Part shown: piece after piece, positions 1 to 9,997 of the stretch
Position numbering within the stretch: the stretch's first letter is position 1
Layout of the letters: each line of letters begins with the position of its first letter
Assembly (NCBI GenBank): GCA_965216635.1
Contig: OZ244188.1
Span: 2,080,001 to 2,144,000 of the forward strand
DNA length: 64,000 nt
Direction of reading: 5' to 3'
Source: a bacterium
Lineage (GTDB): Bacteria > SAR324 > XYD2-FULL-50-16 > G965216635
Notes under the pieces: model-generated
Seen by the model: only the letters and a program-made list of their open reading frames with translations
The model's database searches: none
Told to the model about the DNA's origin: nothing
Made by a program: the position numbers and the translations under genes

Positions 1-1003
1 CAGTAAAATCTCCATAGGCTAGGATTGAATTTAAAGAAATGCCACTAGCCTCTATATTGATACTACCACCAGCTTGTAAATAGGAATTTGTTGTTGTAGT
101 AATTCCAGCTTGGCTTTTTAAGGTTATATTTTGAGTGCTAGTAATTTCATTCAACACCATTTTTCCAGCAGAATCTATTTCTACGCCACTTAAAGAAGCA
201 ACCACTCTGCCTTGGCTATTAACTCCCAGTCCTTTTTCTGTTCCTATAACGATAATAGAGCCAGCTTGCATGTTGGCTAAAGCAGAAATATCTACCGCAA
301 ATTCTCCATTTTGTGCTACTCCTGTAGTAGAGTTGAGGGTGAAATTATTAGAATCGTAAGTATTGTTACCACTTAAAATGCGGATCTTTTCTTTAGCTGT
401 GATTTGGGCTTGGATGCTGTGATACCTAGAAACAAGGTTTAGATAATCTACTTCAGAGCCATTAAAACCATCACCGCTAATGGTGATCTTGTTGTCGTTG
501 TTAATATTGAAAGTAGGATTTCCAGAGGAGATGCTATCATCGTTTACTGTTCCTGTGACTAAACTGACTTGACTAGCATTGATAAACCCACAACCAGAAC
601 AGCTAATTCCATTAGGATTAGCTATAATCACACCAGCGTTACTACCAAAAACCTCCCCAAAGCCTTCCAAAGAACTACTATTGCTACTAGTGACTTGGTT
701 TAAGATAAGACGAGCAGAATCCCCTATGGTATAATTGGAATTACCCAAAATAATACCAGCCAACCTAGATCTGCCTTCAGAAGTGCTATTATTAAAAACA
801 ACACCTTCACTTGAAATATTAAAATCAGTATAGGTATTCTTAGAAATCCCATTAGGATTTGGTTTAGCTATATTAATAACATTTATCCCATTACGAGCTT
901 GGAAGACAGAAGCGTTGTCCTTTCTGATATCTGTAGTTACTTGAGCTAAAGGAATAGTTATACTCAAGAAAAATAACAAAAAAATAAGGAGTATTTTTTT
1001 CAT
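1..1003 (-). CDS. TpsA / filamentous haemagglutinin-family exoprotein, 5' part (continues beyond the window start; absent from ORF track)
   Basis: Manual translation from ATG at 1003: MKKILLIFLLFFLSITIPLAQ signal peptide, then VINIAKPNPNGISKNTYTDFN...LILNQV...IANPNGISCSGCGFINA, the TPS secretion-domain motifs. Confidence 0.88.
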   Translation of the reverse strand, partial: MKKILLIFLLFFLSITIPLAQVTTDIRKDNASVFQARNGINVINIAKPNPNGISKNTYTDFNISSEGVVFNNSTSEGRSRLAGIILGNSNYTIGDSARLILNQVTSSNSSSLEGFGEVFGSNAGVIIANPNGISCSGCGFINASQVSLVTGTVNDDSISSGNPTFNINNDNKITISGDGFNGSEVDYLNLVSRYHSIQAQITAKEKIRILSGNNTYDSNNFTLNSTTGVAQNGEFAVDISALANMQAGSIIVIGTEKGLGVNSQGRVVASLSGVEIDSAGKMVLNEITSTQNITLKSQAGITTTTNSYLQAGGSINIEASGISLNSILAYGDFT

Positions 1004-2115
1004 CGTTCTTATTTTTATATTTACAGCCTCTCCCAATAGTTTGGGAATAAAACTTTTAGCTTAAACTAGGATAATCATAAAATATTGTCAACCCTTTTTT
1101 TTCAAAAAATGTTTTTTTAACTAAAAAAGATAGGCTTTTAAAACAAAAAAAAATAAGGAATGTTTTTTTCATCGTTCTTATTTTTATATTTACAGCCTCT
1201 CCCAATAGTTTGAGAATAAAACTTTTAGCTTAAATTAGGATAATCATAAAATATTGTCAACCCTTTTTTTTCAAAAAATGTTTTTTTAACTAAAAAAGAT
1301 AGGCTTTTAAAACAAAAAAAAATAAGGAGTATTTTTTTCATCGTTCTTATTTTTATATTTACAGCCTCTCCCAATAGTTTGGGAATAAAACTTTTAGCTT
1401 AAACTAGGATAATCATAAAATATTGTCAACCCTTTTTTTTCAAAAAATGTTTTTTTAACTAAAAAAGATAGGCTTTTAAAACAAAAAAAAATAAGGAATG
1501 TTTTTTTCATCGTTCTTATTTTTATATTTACAGCCTCTCCCAATAGTTTGGGAATAAAACTTTTAGCTTAAACTAGGATAATCATAAAATATTGTCAACC
1601 CTTTTTTTTCAAAAAATGTTTTTTTAACTAAAAAAGATAGGCTTTAAAAACAAAAAAAAATAAGGAATGTTTTTTCTATCGTTCTTATTTTTATATTTAC
1701 AGCCTCTCCCAATAGTTTGAAAATAAAACTTTTAGCTTAAACTAGGATAATCATAAAATATTGTCAACCCTTTTTTTTCAAAAAATGTTTTTTTAACTAA
1801 AAAAGAGAATTACGTTCTTATTTTTATATTTACAGCCTCTCCCAATAGTTTGGGAATAAAACTTTTAGCTTAAACTAGGATAATCATAAAATATTGTCAA
1901 CCCTTTTTTTTCAAAAAATGTTTTTTTAACTAAAAAAGATAGGCTTTAAAAACAAAAAAAAATAAGGAATGTTTTTTCTATCGTTCTTATTTTTATATTT
2001 ACAGCCTCTCCCAATAGTTTGAAAATAAAACTTTTAGCTTAAACTAGGATAATCATAAAATATTGTCAACCCTTTTTTTTCAAAAAATGTTTTTTTAACT
2101 AAAAAAGAGAATTAC
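981..2115. repeat. Tandem array of 7 near-identical units (period 169,169,169,169,133,169 bp) of the TpsA promoter/start region
   Basis: cgttcttatttttatatttacagcctctcc recurs at 1004, 1173, 1342, 1511, 1680, 1813, 1982. Confidence 0.95.
1063..1091 (-). promoter_or_regulatory. sigma70-type promoter for the TpsA gene, repeated in each array unit
   Basis: Minus strand TTGACA-N17-TAGTTT. Confidence 0.65.
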
Positions 2116-2193
2116 ATACTTAAAAGCTCATAATTAGTATACTAGTCTTCAATAGTAAAATCCCCAATATAAATAAGCAGAATTTATTGATAA

Positions 2194-2209
2194 TGTTCCA
2201 CATAGAACA
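2194..2209. promoter_or_regulatory. parS-like site
   Basis: TGTTCCACATAGAACA versus consensus TGTTTCACGTGAAACA; lies inside a longer palindrome. Confidence 0.5.
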
Positions 2210-2449
2210 TTATCAATAATTGGAACCTTTAAAAATGAGATTTATTGAAAACAAGATAGCAGTTTAGCAAGAGATTTATTTTTTAAAACGCATTTTGCAA
2301 AGATTTGTAGGTTTAGATATTTCTTTTGGGTGAAAAATTTTCGCGCCTTGCTTACATTGGAGAAACCACCGTCAAGGACTGTGTCTAATGCCTAATTTAA
2401 TAGCCTCTAATATACAAAACAAAAAATAAATTTTTTTTATTTAAAAATC

Positions 2450-3728
2450 TCATTCTATTTCTAAAATTTTTATCAAATTAGTCGCCCCTATTTTTCCGTA
2501 AATTTCGCCTTTAGTTAAAACAATTCTATCTCGCTTATAGATTATTTTCGCTTCTTTTAAAAGTTTTATTATAACAGCGTCTATATTTCCTTCTTTTTCT
2601 CCTGTAAATAAAATCGGATAAACTCCTCTAAAAAGAACTACCCGATTGAGCGTTTTTTGGTATAGTGACATAGCAAAAATAGGGATAGATGAACTAATCC
2701 TAGAAATAATTTTTGGAGTATTCTCCGCTTCAGTAAAAGAAGCGATCGCTTTTACTTTAAGGTGACTGGCGACATACATAGCAGAAAGAGCCATAGTTTC
2801 TTCTATAGAGACTGTTGAACTTTAGCATTATAGGAAAGCTAGACAAGGCGCGAAAATTTTTTACCCAAGAGGAATACTGAAGTATTTTGAGTGATAAAAA
2901 ATTCGAGCAACGCAGTATAGCTGAACTAGGATGTCTAATTCAATAGTCTCCTATAGATTTACTGCTTATATTTACATAGTGTTCTGCTTTACTAATGGCT
3001 GGAGATTTTTCTGCTTCTAGGCAAATGGCAGACATAGCCTTTACAATTTTTGTTGGATACTCACCCACAGCCGTTTCTGCAGAAAGCATAACTGCATCTG
3101 TACCATCTAAAACTGCATTAGAAACATCAAAAACCTCAGCTCTTGTGGGCATTGGATTTTGAATCATACTTTCCATCATTTGAGTTGCAGTAATTACAGC
3201 GGTATTTTTTTACGAGCTAATTTGATAAGTCTTTTTTGTTGTGTGGGTAAAGCGGCATCTCCTATTTCCACTCCTAAATCTCCACGGGCTACCATAATCG
3301 TATCAGAGGTTTGAATGATTTTTTCAATAATACTATCGGGCAAAGCTTCTGTTCTTTCTATTTTTGCAACTATACCAGCATTTCCTCCCTCTTTTTTTAA
3401 GAGCTTTCTAACCTCATCTATATCGTCCATACTACAAGCGAAAGATAGAGCTAAATAATCTGCTTGTGCTTTTACTGCTGTTTTTAGATCTATTTTATCT
3501 TTAGTAGTTAATGCTTTTGCTGATAACCCCCATCTTGTAAATTGATGCCTTTGCTCTCTTTTAGAATCCCTACTTGAAGCACAACTGTATGTACTTTCCC
3601 GTCTTTTATTTTTTCTACTCTTAAAACAATCCTGCCATCATCTAAAAGATGAGTTGTTCCAATACTTTAGGCTGTTCTGTGGCAGGACCCAGAGTGGCAA
3701 TAATTTTAGTTCGTCTTTGAGGTTTCAT
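2450..3728 (-). pseudogene. pyk: Pyruvate kinase pseudogene (internal deletion, frameshifts, MITE insertion)
   Basis: MKPQRRTKIIATLGPAT start at 3728; fragments with AKIER, MVARGDLGVEIG, MMESMI...[27 protein letters not shown] in different frames. Confidence 0.92.
2808..2950. mobile_element. 143-bp MITE inserted in pyk
   Basis: Imperfect terminal inverted repeats gagactgttgaa / ttcaatagtctc, flanked by direct repeat ctata (2803-2807, 2951-2955); removal restores the frame SKSIEETMALSAM. Confidence 0.9.
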
Positions 3729-3742
3729 TTTTAATTGAGGCG

Positions 3743-3758
3743 TGTTCCATGTGGAACA
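3743..3758. promoter_or_regulatory. parS-like site
   Basis: TGTTCCATGTGGAACA. Confidence 0.65.
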
Positions 3759-3805
3759 TTAAAATTGAGGATAACTCGCCTGTGGCTTGTTGTTAATCTA
3801 AAAAG

Positions 3806-3874
3806 AATTTTTTTTTAGCTCGCTGCATAGGCTAAACAGCTAGTTTTGTCCTATTTGGCAAATTTAAAAGTCTA
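3806..3874. mobile_element. Partial copy of dispersed MITE-like repeat
   Basis: gctaaacagctagttttgtcctatttggcaaatttaaaagtcta, shared with copies at 44037, 53161, 60663 and 63037. Confidence 0.7.
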
Positions 3875-3886
3875 TGATATTAATAT

Positions 3887-3902
3887 TGTTTCTCGTGGAA
3901 CA
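3887..3902. promoter_or_regulatory. parS-like site
   Basis: TGTTTCTCGTGGAACA. Confidence 0.6.
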
Positions 3903-3929
3903 TTGAACAGGAGAAACATCTTAAAAATC

Positions 3930-5279
3930 CTAAAAGGAAAGATTGGCTTTCCCTCCGAACATCTGTTGCATTTGCTGCATTGCTTGCTTTTTTCCACCGC
4001 CAGACATTTGTTTCATCATTTTTTTCATAGCTTCAAATTGTTTTAGCATTTGATTAATATCGGATACTTCTGTGCCGCTTCCTCTGGAGATTCTTTTTCT
4101 GCAAGAGCCGTTGATAAGGTGATGGTCTAATTTTTCTCTTATAGTCATTGAAGAAAGAATGGCTGTGAATTTTTTCATAGGTTTATCATCTATTTGCTGT
4201 CCTGTAGGCATTTTAAAGCCCGGCATCATACTCAATAGACTTTTTAGTGAACCCATTTTTTGTAGTTGTTCTAGTTGTTTTTGAAAATCCAAAAGGGTGA
4301 ATTTGTTTTTTTTTATTCTTTGCTCTAACCCCGACAAATCTTGCCCCTCAAATTGCTTGTTTGCTTTTTCTACAAGAGTTAAAACATCGCCCATACCAAG
4401 AACATTGGAGGCTACCCTGTCGGGGTGAAAATCTTCTAAATCTTCTACCTTCTCTCCACTACCCACATACATAATAGGTTTTTCGGTGATGGCTCGGATA
4501 GAAACCGCAGCTCCGCCGCGGGCGTCTCCATCCATTTTGCTTAAAAAAAAGCCGCTTAGTTCTAGTTTTTCATTAAAAGTTCGTGCTATATTTAAGGCTT
4601 CTTGTCCTGTCATAGCATCTACTACTAAAAGAATAGTTTGAAAGGGTGCTGTTTTTTTGATTTCTTCTAATTCTTGCATTAGTTTCTCGTCCACTTGTAG
4701 TCTTCCCGCTGTATCTACAATCATAACACCATACTTCTCTTTTTTTGCTTGGGATTGTGCTGCCTTCACTATTTCTTTCACTGGAGTTTTGGGTGAAGAA
4801 TCATAACAATCTACCGCTATGGTTGCAGCAAGAATTTTTAGTTGATCTATGGCTGCCGGACGGTAGATATCCGCTGGCACAAGCAAAACTTTCCGCCCCT
4901 TTTTTTTTAGATAAAGGGCTAATTTTGCTGCGCTCGTCGTTTTTCCACTACCCTGCAACCCGACGAGCATAATATTACAAATACCTGTTTGATTTAAGTC
5001 TATTTGTTGGTTTTTTTCTCCTAGTAAAAGAGTCAATTCGTGATGTATTACTTTAATAAGTTGTTGTCCCGCAGAAAGATTGCCAATAACTTCTGTTCCT
5101 TTAGCTTTTTCTTTTATTTTCTTTAAAAAAGAATTGACTACTCTGAAATTTACATCCGCTTCCAAAAGAGCTATTTTTACTTCTTGAAGAGCAGAAACAA
5201 TATTTTCTTCATTTAGAAAACCTTTGTTGCTGATTTTATTAGAAATTTCTTGTAGTTTGGTACTGAGTTCTTCAAACAT
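3930..5279 (-). CDS. ffh: Signal recognition particle protein Ffh
   Basis: ALLEADVN, GLQGSGKTT, DTAGRL, DGDARGGAA and Met-rich M domain. Confidence 0.97.
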   Translation of the reverse strand: MFEELSTKLQEISNKISNKGFLNEENIVSALQEVKIALLEADVNFRVVNSFLKKIKEKAKGTEVIGNLSAGQQLIKVIHHELTLLLGEKNQQIDLNQTGICNIMLVGLQGSGKTTSAAKLALYLKKKGRKVLLVPADIYRPAAIDQLKILAATIAVDCYDSSPKTPVKEIVKAAQSQAKKEKYGVMIVDTAGRLQVDEKLMQELEEIKKTAPFQTILLVVDAMTGQEALNIARTFNEKLELSGFFLSKMDGDARGGAAVSIRAITEKPIMYVGSGEKVEDLEDFHPDRVASNVLGMGDVLTLVEKANKQFEGQDLSGLEQRIKKNKFTLLDFQKQLEQLQKMGSLKSLLSMMPGFKMPTGQQIDDKPMKKFTAILSSMTIREKLDHHLINGSCRKRISRGSGTEVSDINQMLKQFEAMKKMMKQMSGGGKKQAMQQMQQMFGGKANLSF

Positions 5280-5289
5280 AAAAAGATTT

Positions 5290-5486
5290 GAGACCTTTGA
5301 ATTAGCTTACCAAAGTTTAGCCAAAGCAATTGTTTTAAAAAAAATTTAACTCTTGCCATTTGTGAAGAAATGCTCTCCAGTATTGCTGCGAGCTAAATTT
5401 TTTTTTTGCACTTTTCTAACCATTTGGCTAACCATTTGGCTAGCCACACAGAAGTGTGGTAAGCATAACACTAATTCAAAGATCTC
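5290..5486. mobile_element. Composite MITE-like repeat
   Basis: Ends gagacctttgaattag / ctaattcaaagatctc; interior shared with the 8575-8714 copy. Confidence 0.75.
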
Positions 5487-5534
5487 AATTTTTTTGTATA
5501 ATTGTGATCTAAAAACATTTACAGAATATAAAAT

Positions 5535-6116
5535 ATGTTATCCTTAAAACAAAACCTTGTCAAATATCAAAAATTTACCTATTTTCTTACTGGATTTTTC
5601 CTTTGTATTTGGATTAGCAGCTGCGGGTTTCATCTTGCAGGGAAAAAATCTTGGTTAAGCCAAGCAAAAAGTTTGCGTCTAGAAAAAATAGAAAACGTTT
5701 CAAAAAGGCTGGGATTGAATTTTGAGCTTAGAAAAGCATTGGAATTTAAGATTCTCAAACACCCTGAATTAAACTATACAAAAAATCTTGCCGATCTGAA
5801 TTTAAGTATAAAAATCACGCGGGCTGATTTTTCAAGTCAAGTTCATTTTAATAATAGTAGCAATAATAAAATTGCCGATAACGATTACTATCTGCATTTA
5901 CAAAGGTTAGAAGCTAGACTTGTACTTAAAGATTTAAGAAACCTCTCTCCCGCTCAAAGAGAATGGAGCCTTTCAAACGAGATTTCCCTAGAAAGCGAAA
6001 AACCTGATTTGGACAATTACCAGAAAACACAACTACAAACCAAAAACATCGCCGAACTGGCAGAAAAAATCTTTGATTTTTTAACTAGCCCTGATGTTCC
6101 ACGTAGAACAAAATGA
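5535..6116 (+). CDS. LptE-like lipoprotein
   Basis: Lipobox ISSC followed by GFHL, size and C-terminal helix typical of LptE. Confidence 0.55.
   Translation: MLSLKQNLVKYQKFTYFLTGFFLCIWISSCGFHLAGKKSWLSQAKSLRLEKIENVSKRLGLNFELRKALEFKILKHPELNYTKNLADLNLSIKITRADFSSQVHFNNSSNNKIADNDYYLHLQRLEARLVLKDLRNLSPAQREWSLSNEISLESEKPDLDNYQKTQLQTKNIAELAEKIFDFLTSPDVPRRTK
6095..6110. promoter_or_regulatory. parS-like site within the gene end
   Basis: TGTTCCACGTAGAACA. Confidence 0.6.
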
Positions 6117-6712
6117 ACTCTCTCTTTTTTGTTTCCAGCAATCCAGGTAAATTACAAGAATATCAAAAATTACTACTCCCTTTTGATGTGCGCTCTTTAA
6201 ATTTTTCTTTGAGCGAGCTTCAAATAGAAAACTTAAAACAACTTTGCGAATACAAACTAGCAGAAGCGGCAGAAAAAATAGAGGCAGAAAAAACCTGTGC
6301 ACAGCCCCAAACCAACCTATTTATTGAAGATACTGCTCTTTATTTTCAAGAATGGAAATCTTTTCCTGGGGTTTTTATCAAATGGATGCTACAATCCTTA
6401 GGGCCCGAAGGAATCTATCGCAGTTTGCGAGCATTCAGAAAAACAGCTTACGCTGAATGCTGTATTGCTTTTTATGAACCGATTTCGCAAAAAAAATATT
6501 ATTTTCAAGGACGATTAGCAGGAACGATTGTCTCACCTAGAGGCAAAACAAATTTTGGTTGGGACTCTATTTTTGTGCCTCAAGGACATCAAAAAACTTT
6601 TGCAGAAATGGGTGGTGAAGAAAAAAACAGCATCAGCCACCGATATCTGGCAGCACAAAAATTTCTTGCTTTTTTAAAAGAAAAATCTAGCCAGGAGGCT
6701 GTAATATTATAA
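6113..6712 (+). CDS. rdgB: Non-canonical purine NTP pyrophosphatase (Ham1/RdgB/ITPase family)
   Basis: SSNPGKLQE, IEDTAL, FPG, FGWDSIF, KNSISHR motifs. Confidence 0.92.
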   Translation: MNSLFFVSSNPGKLQEYQKLLLPFDVRSLNFSLSELQIENLKQLCEYKLAEAAEKIEAEKTCAQPQTNLFIEDTALYFQEWKSFPGVFIKWMLQSLGPEGIYRSLRAFRKTAYAECCIAFYEPISQKKYYFQGRLAGTIVSPRGKTNFGWDSIFVPQGHQKTFAEMGGEEKNSISHRYLAAQKFLAFLKEKSSQEAVIL

Positions 6713-6725
6713 ATGGAGATTTGTT

Positions 6726-6813
6726 GAGATCTTTGAATTAGTGTTATGCTTACTCCACCATTGGGCTAGCCGTCACAGCTGGTTTTGTCCTATTTGGCAA
6801 ATTCAAAGCTCTA
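6726..6813. mobile_element. Short MITE-like repeat
   Basis: Ends gagatctttgaatt / aattcaaagctcta; internal modules shared with other copies. Confidence 0.75.
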
Positions 6814-8436
6814 TTAAATTCTTTTTCTGCGATTAGATGAAGGAATTCTAAGTGCTTCTCTGTATTTGGCTATAGTCCTGCGAGCAACCTTAATTTTTTC
6901 TAACTCATAAAGTTTTTCCGCCATATAGCTATCGGTATAAGGTTTTTTTGTATTTTCTTGAGAAATGATTTTTTGAATATGCTCTTTGATTTTCAAAGAA
7001 GAAATCACAACACCATCTTTTTGTTCTACTCCGCTGGAAAAAAAATATTTTAACTCAAAAACACCTCTTGAGGTATGCATATATTTACGGTTGCTAATTC
7101 TACTCACAGTAGATTCGTGCATATCAATATCTTGAGCTACATCTTTTAAAACCATAGGTTCTAGATATTCTTTGCCGTATTGAAAAAATTTTTTTTGTTT
7201 TTTTACAATACTCACCACAACCTTTCGGATAGTTTCTTGTCTTTGTTCAATATTCTTCATTAACCATTCTCCAGCCCTTACTTTTTCTAAAACATAGCGG
7301 TTGGATATTTCTTTTTCGCTTTCAATAAAAGACTGACGTATTTTCTTTCTAATAGAATCTTTAATTAAATTTTTGTAGTAAGGATTGATATGGAATTTTT
7401 TAAAATTCTCATTGAGTCGCACTATATAGGCAGAATTTTTTTTCATAATGAAAACATCCGGCACAATATACTTCTCTTCCCTATTGATAAAAGAATCTCC
7501 CGGAAAAGGAGAGAGAATTTGAATGTTTTGTTGAGCGCTCATAATATCTATGAGACTTGTGTTTAAAAATCTGCTTATTTTTTTGAATTTTTTTTCTGTG
7601 AACAGAAACCAAAAATCCTTAATAATTTTATATTCAAAAGATTCTGAATTGTAAGATTCTTCTGCTTGAGCGAGCAAACACTCTCTCAAATCACGAGCTC
7701 CTATTCCAGTAGGCGCTAGTTTTTGTAACTGGAGCAAAAGGGAGTTAAGAATATAGATAGATTCGTCGGGAATTTTTTCTAAAGGACACCAAAAATTTTG
7801 TATTGCTGCTTTTTCTTTTGCAGACTCTCTAGTATAGGCAAGATCTCCCAAAGCAATGTCAAAGTCTTTGTCATAAGGATATTTCTTTTTCAGTTTTTGG
7901 CTAGTTTGAAATATTTCTTCACTAGAAGCAAGTAGCTCTCTTATACTTCCCCAAAGATAACCATTCTCGTAAAGATTGTAAGCTAAATAGCTTAGTATTT
8001 CTTTTTCCTCTTCATCAAAATCGGATAGATTTATTTGCTCTAGTAGATGTTCTGATAAAGAAATTTTTTCTCTAATTGTTGCCTCTAAAACATTGCCTTT
8101 TTCTTCCTTATTGTTTTCTTTGGTTTTGGTGGAAACTAAATTATCGTAAGAATCTACATTGTAAGAATCAAAATCATACTCCGCATCTGAATCTCCTAAA
8201 ATTTCTTCTTCTCCACTCAGCGATTGCTCTTCTTCTGATTTGTTATCTTCCAAAGAAGAAACAGGATCCTCACTTGTTTCGTTTTCTTCAAGAACAGGAT
8301 TTTCTAATAAAGACTGTTCTACGAGTTGTTCCATTTCAACTCGCGACATTTGCAGTAATTTAATGGCTTGTTGCAACTGGGGGGTCATAATCAAATGATG
8401 CCCCATCCTAGTTTGCAATTTCATATTTGCTTTCAT
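6814..8436 (-). CDS. rpoN: RNA polymerase sigma-54 factor (start uncertain: 8454, 8436 or 8424)
   Basis: MTPQLQQAIKLLQM region I, HESTVSR and RpoN box ARRTIAKYR. Confidence 0.96.
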   Translation of the reverse strand: MKANMKLQTRMGHHLIMTPQLQQAIKLLQMSRVEMEQLVEQSLLENPVLEENETSEDPVSSLEDNKSEEEQSLSGEEEILGDSDAEYDFDSYNVDSYDNLVSTKTKENNKEEKGNVLEATIREKISLSEHLLEQINLSDFDEEEKEILSYLAYNLYENGYLWGSIRELLASSEEIFQTSQKLKKKYPYDKDFDIALGDLAYTRESAKEKAAIQNFWCPLEKIPDESIYILNSLLLQLQKLAPTGIGARDLRECLLAQAEESYNSESFEYKIIKDFWFLFTEKKFKKISRFLNTSLIDIMSAQQNIQILSPFPGDSFINREEKYIVPDVFIMKKNSAYIVRLNENFKKFHINPYYKNLIKDSIRKKIRQSFIESEKEISNRYVLEKVRAGEWLMKNIEQRQETIRKVVVSIVKKQKKFFQYGKEYLEPMVLKDVAQDIDMHESTVSRISNRKYMHTSRGVFELKYFFSSGVEQKDGVVISSLKIKEHIQKIISQENTKKPYTDSYMAEKLYELEKIKVARRTIAKYREALRIPSSNRRKRI

Positions 8437-8574
8437 AACTCGAATCCGATCCATTACAAGTTAAGAAATTACTAAAATTGTAATTTTAGTACAGTTTCGG
8501 CAAAAACCACGCCAAAGTCAAGACTTTTTTTTAGATTGACAACGTTTTATTTTAAAGTTCCCAGTGATTTTTAT

Positions 8575-8714
8575 AAAAAACTTTTAACTCTTGCCATTTG
8601 TGAAGAAATGCTCTTCAGTATTCCAGCGAGCTAAAAATTTTTTTCGCACCTGTTCTAACCATTTGGCTAGCTGTCGCAGCTGGTTTTGTCCTATTTGGCA
8701 AATTCAAAGGTCTA
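8575..8714. mobile_element. Partial composite MITE-like repeat
   Basis: taactcttgccatttgtgaagaaatgct...tttggcaaattcaaaggtcta shared with the 5290 and 25367 copies. Confidence 0.7.
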
Positions 8715-8914
8715 TAAAACGAAAAAGAAGGCATGAGCTGTTTTTTCACTTGTTTTTTTTATTAGAAATTTCATAAAAAAATTTTGGGGTTGAAGGTTTT
8801 GTTTTTTTATAGTAGATTTAACTTAAGTATCACAAAACGGCAAGGAGTACTGATTAGAGTCGGAGTGTTATTTGTTTTTTAATTAATTAAGTGTCTTAAA
8901 CTATAGAAGAAAAT

Positions 8915-9748
8915 ATGAACAGTAAATACAAAACGTATACTCTAAAAGCTAGTGTTTTTATTCTAGCAAAATCACTTTTGGGAGTGCTACTTCTGTGTAG
9001 TTTGCACTCAAATGCAACCGCAGAAGAATCCGAATGTGGTAATAAGCTTGGCTCTTTTTGGTCAAAATATACAACAAATCAATGTCTATCGCGAGCTGCA
9101 AAAGCATATTATATTGGTGCCAATTTTCAAGGGGTCGTAGCTGGGTATCACTACAATAAAAAAACAACCTTTGAAATCGCATACACACCTGAAAACTTTT
9201 TTACAAAAGAAGGTGAATTTGAAGTCGGCGGTGTAAGAGAAGGATTAGGCTCATTTGAGAATGGTAGTAGCGAAAACTATGCAGGGTTAACTGGTGAAGC
9301 TGCCGATTATGAAAATAGTGATAAACATCTTACTCGCTTTTTAACGCGGTATCATTTAATTGGACCTTTATCACTAGTTGGCGGGCTTGGTATCGCATTT
9401 GATTCAACGCGAAAAATAAAATTCGCCAAGGCAAAACATACACTTGGTAATAATACATACGATACTGCTGTCAATGCAAGTTGGACGCTGAAAGACAGTT
9501 TCTCGCCACTGGTCGGTTTTGATATAGGACATATTTTCAGAGTCAACTGGGGTGCGATTGAAGGTATACGATTAGCATTCAAAGGAGTATACGGTGTGAT
9601 ACCGCGAAGGGTTACTAGTGTCAGTGTTGAAACCCCTAATGCAACTGTCAGTAGTTCAGATTTGGAGCTGTTTAAAAAAGAATTAATCAATGCAGCAGAA
9701 AGAGAGTATTATGGTTTTTATACGTTTGATATAGAAATTATGTGGTAA
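8915..9748 (+). CDS. Exported protein, probable outer-membrane beta-barrel
   Basis: Signal peptide, alternating aromatic strands, terminal YTFDIEIMW beta-signal-like end. Confidence 0.55.
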   Translation: MNSKYKTYTLKASVFILAKSLLGVLLLCSLHSNATAEESECGNKLGSFWSKYTTNQCLSRAAKAYYIGANFQGVVAGYHYNKKTTFEIAYTPENFFTKEGEFEVGGVREGLGSFENGSSENYAGLTGEAADYENSDKHLTRFLTRYHLIGPLSLVGGLGIAFDSTRKIKFAKAKHTLGNNTYDTAVNASWTLKDSFSPLVGFDIGHIFRVNWGAIEGIRLAFKGVYGVIPRRVTSVSVETPNATVSSSDLELFKKELINAAEREYYGFYTFDIEIMW

Positions 9749-9997
9749 CACACCTAGTTCGCCCTAAAATTTTGAAATATCGTAGGGGCCTGTTCTAGCA
9801 CCTGTAGGAACATTGCCCTCTCCTATCATTTTTATTTTGCTTGCTATATTTCCTAAAATAGCGCTAGAATTAAATGGACATAGCTATTAGTATTTATCTT
9901 TGGTTTATAGACTTTTGGATTAGCGTTTTGTTTAGCATATATATAGGGGACATTATTTTTTCTTTAAAAAAAGTTTGTTTCCGCTAGCAAGAGATAT

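Noticed and set aside
135..359. 74-aa plus-strand ORF and other short ORFs overlapping identified genes
   Set aside because: Antisense or alternate-frame shadows with no motif support
981..2115. CRISPR array
   Set aside because: Whole units are near-identical with no unique spacers, and no cas genes are present
981..2300. Replication origin (iterons/oriC)
   Set aside because: No DnaA boxes noticed and no dnaA or rep gene in the window; units are copies of a gene's promoter and start
9781..9820. GTAG-type REP element (gtaggggc...gccct)
   Set aside because: Single weak copy with no RAYT gene nearby
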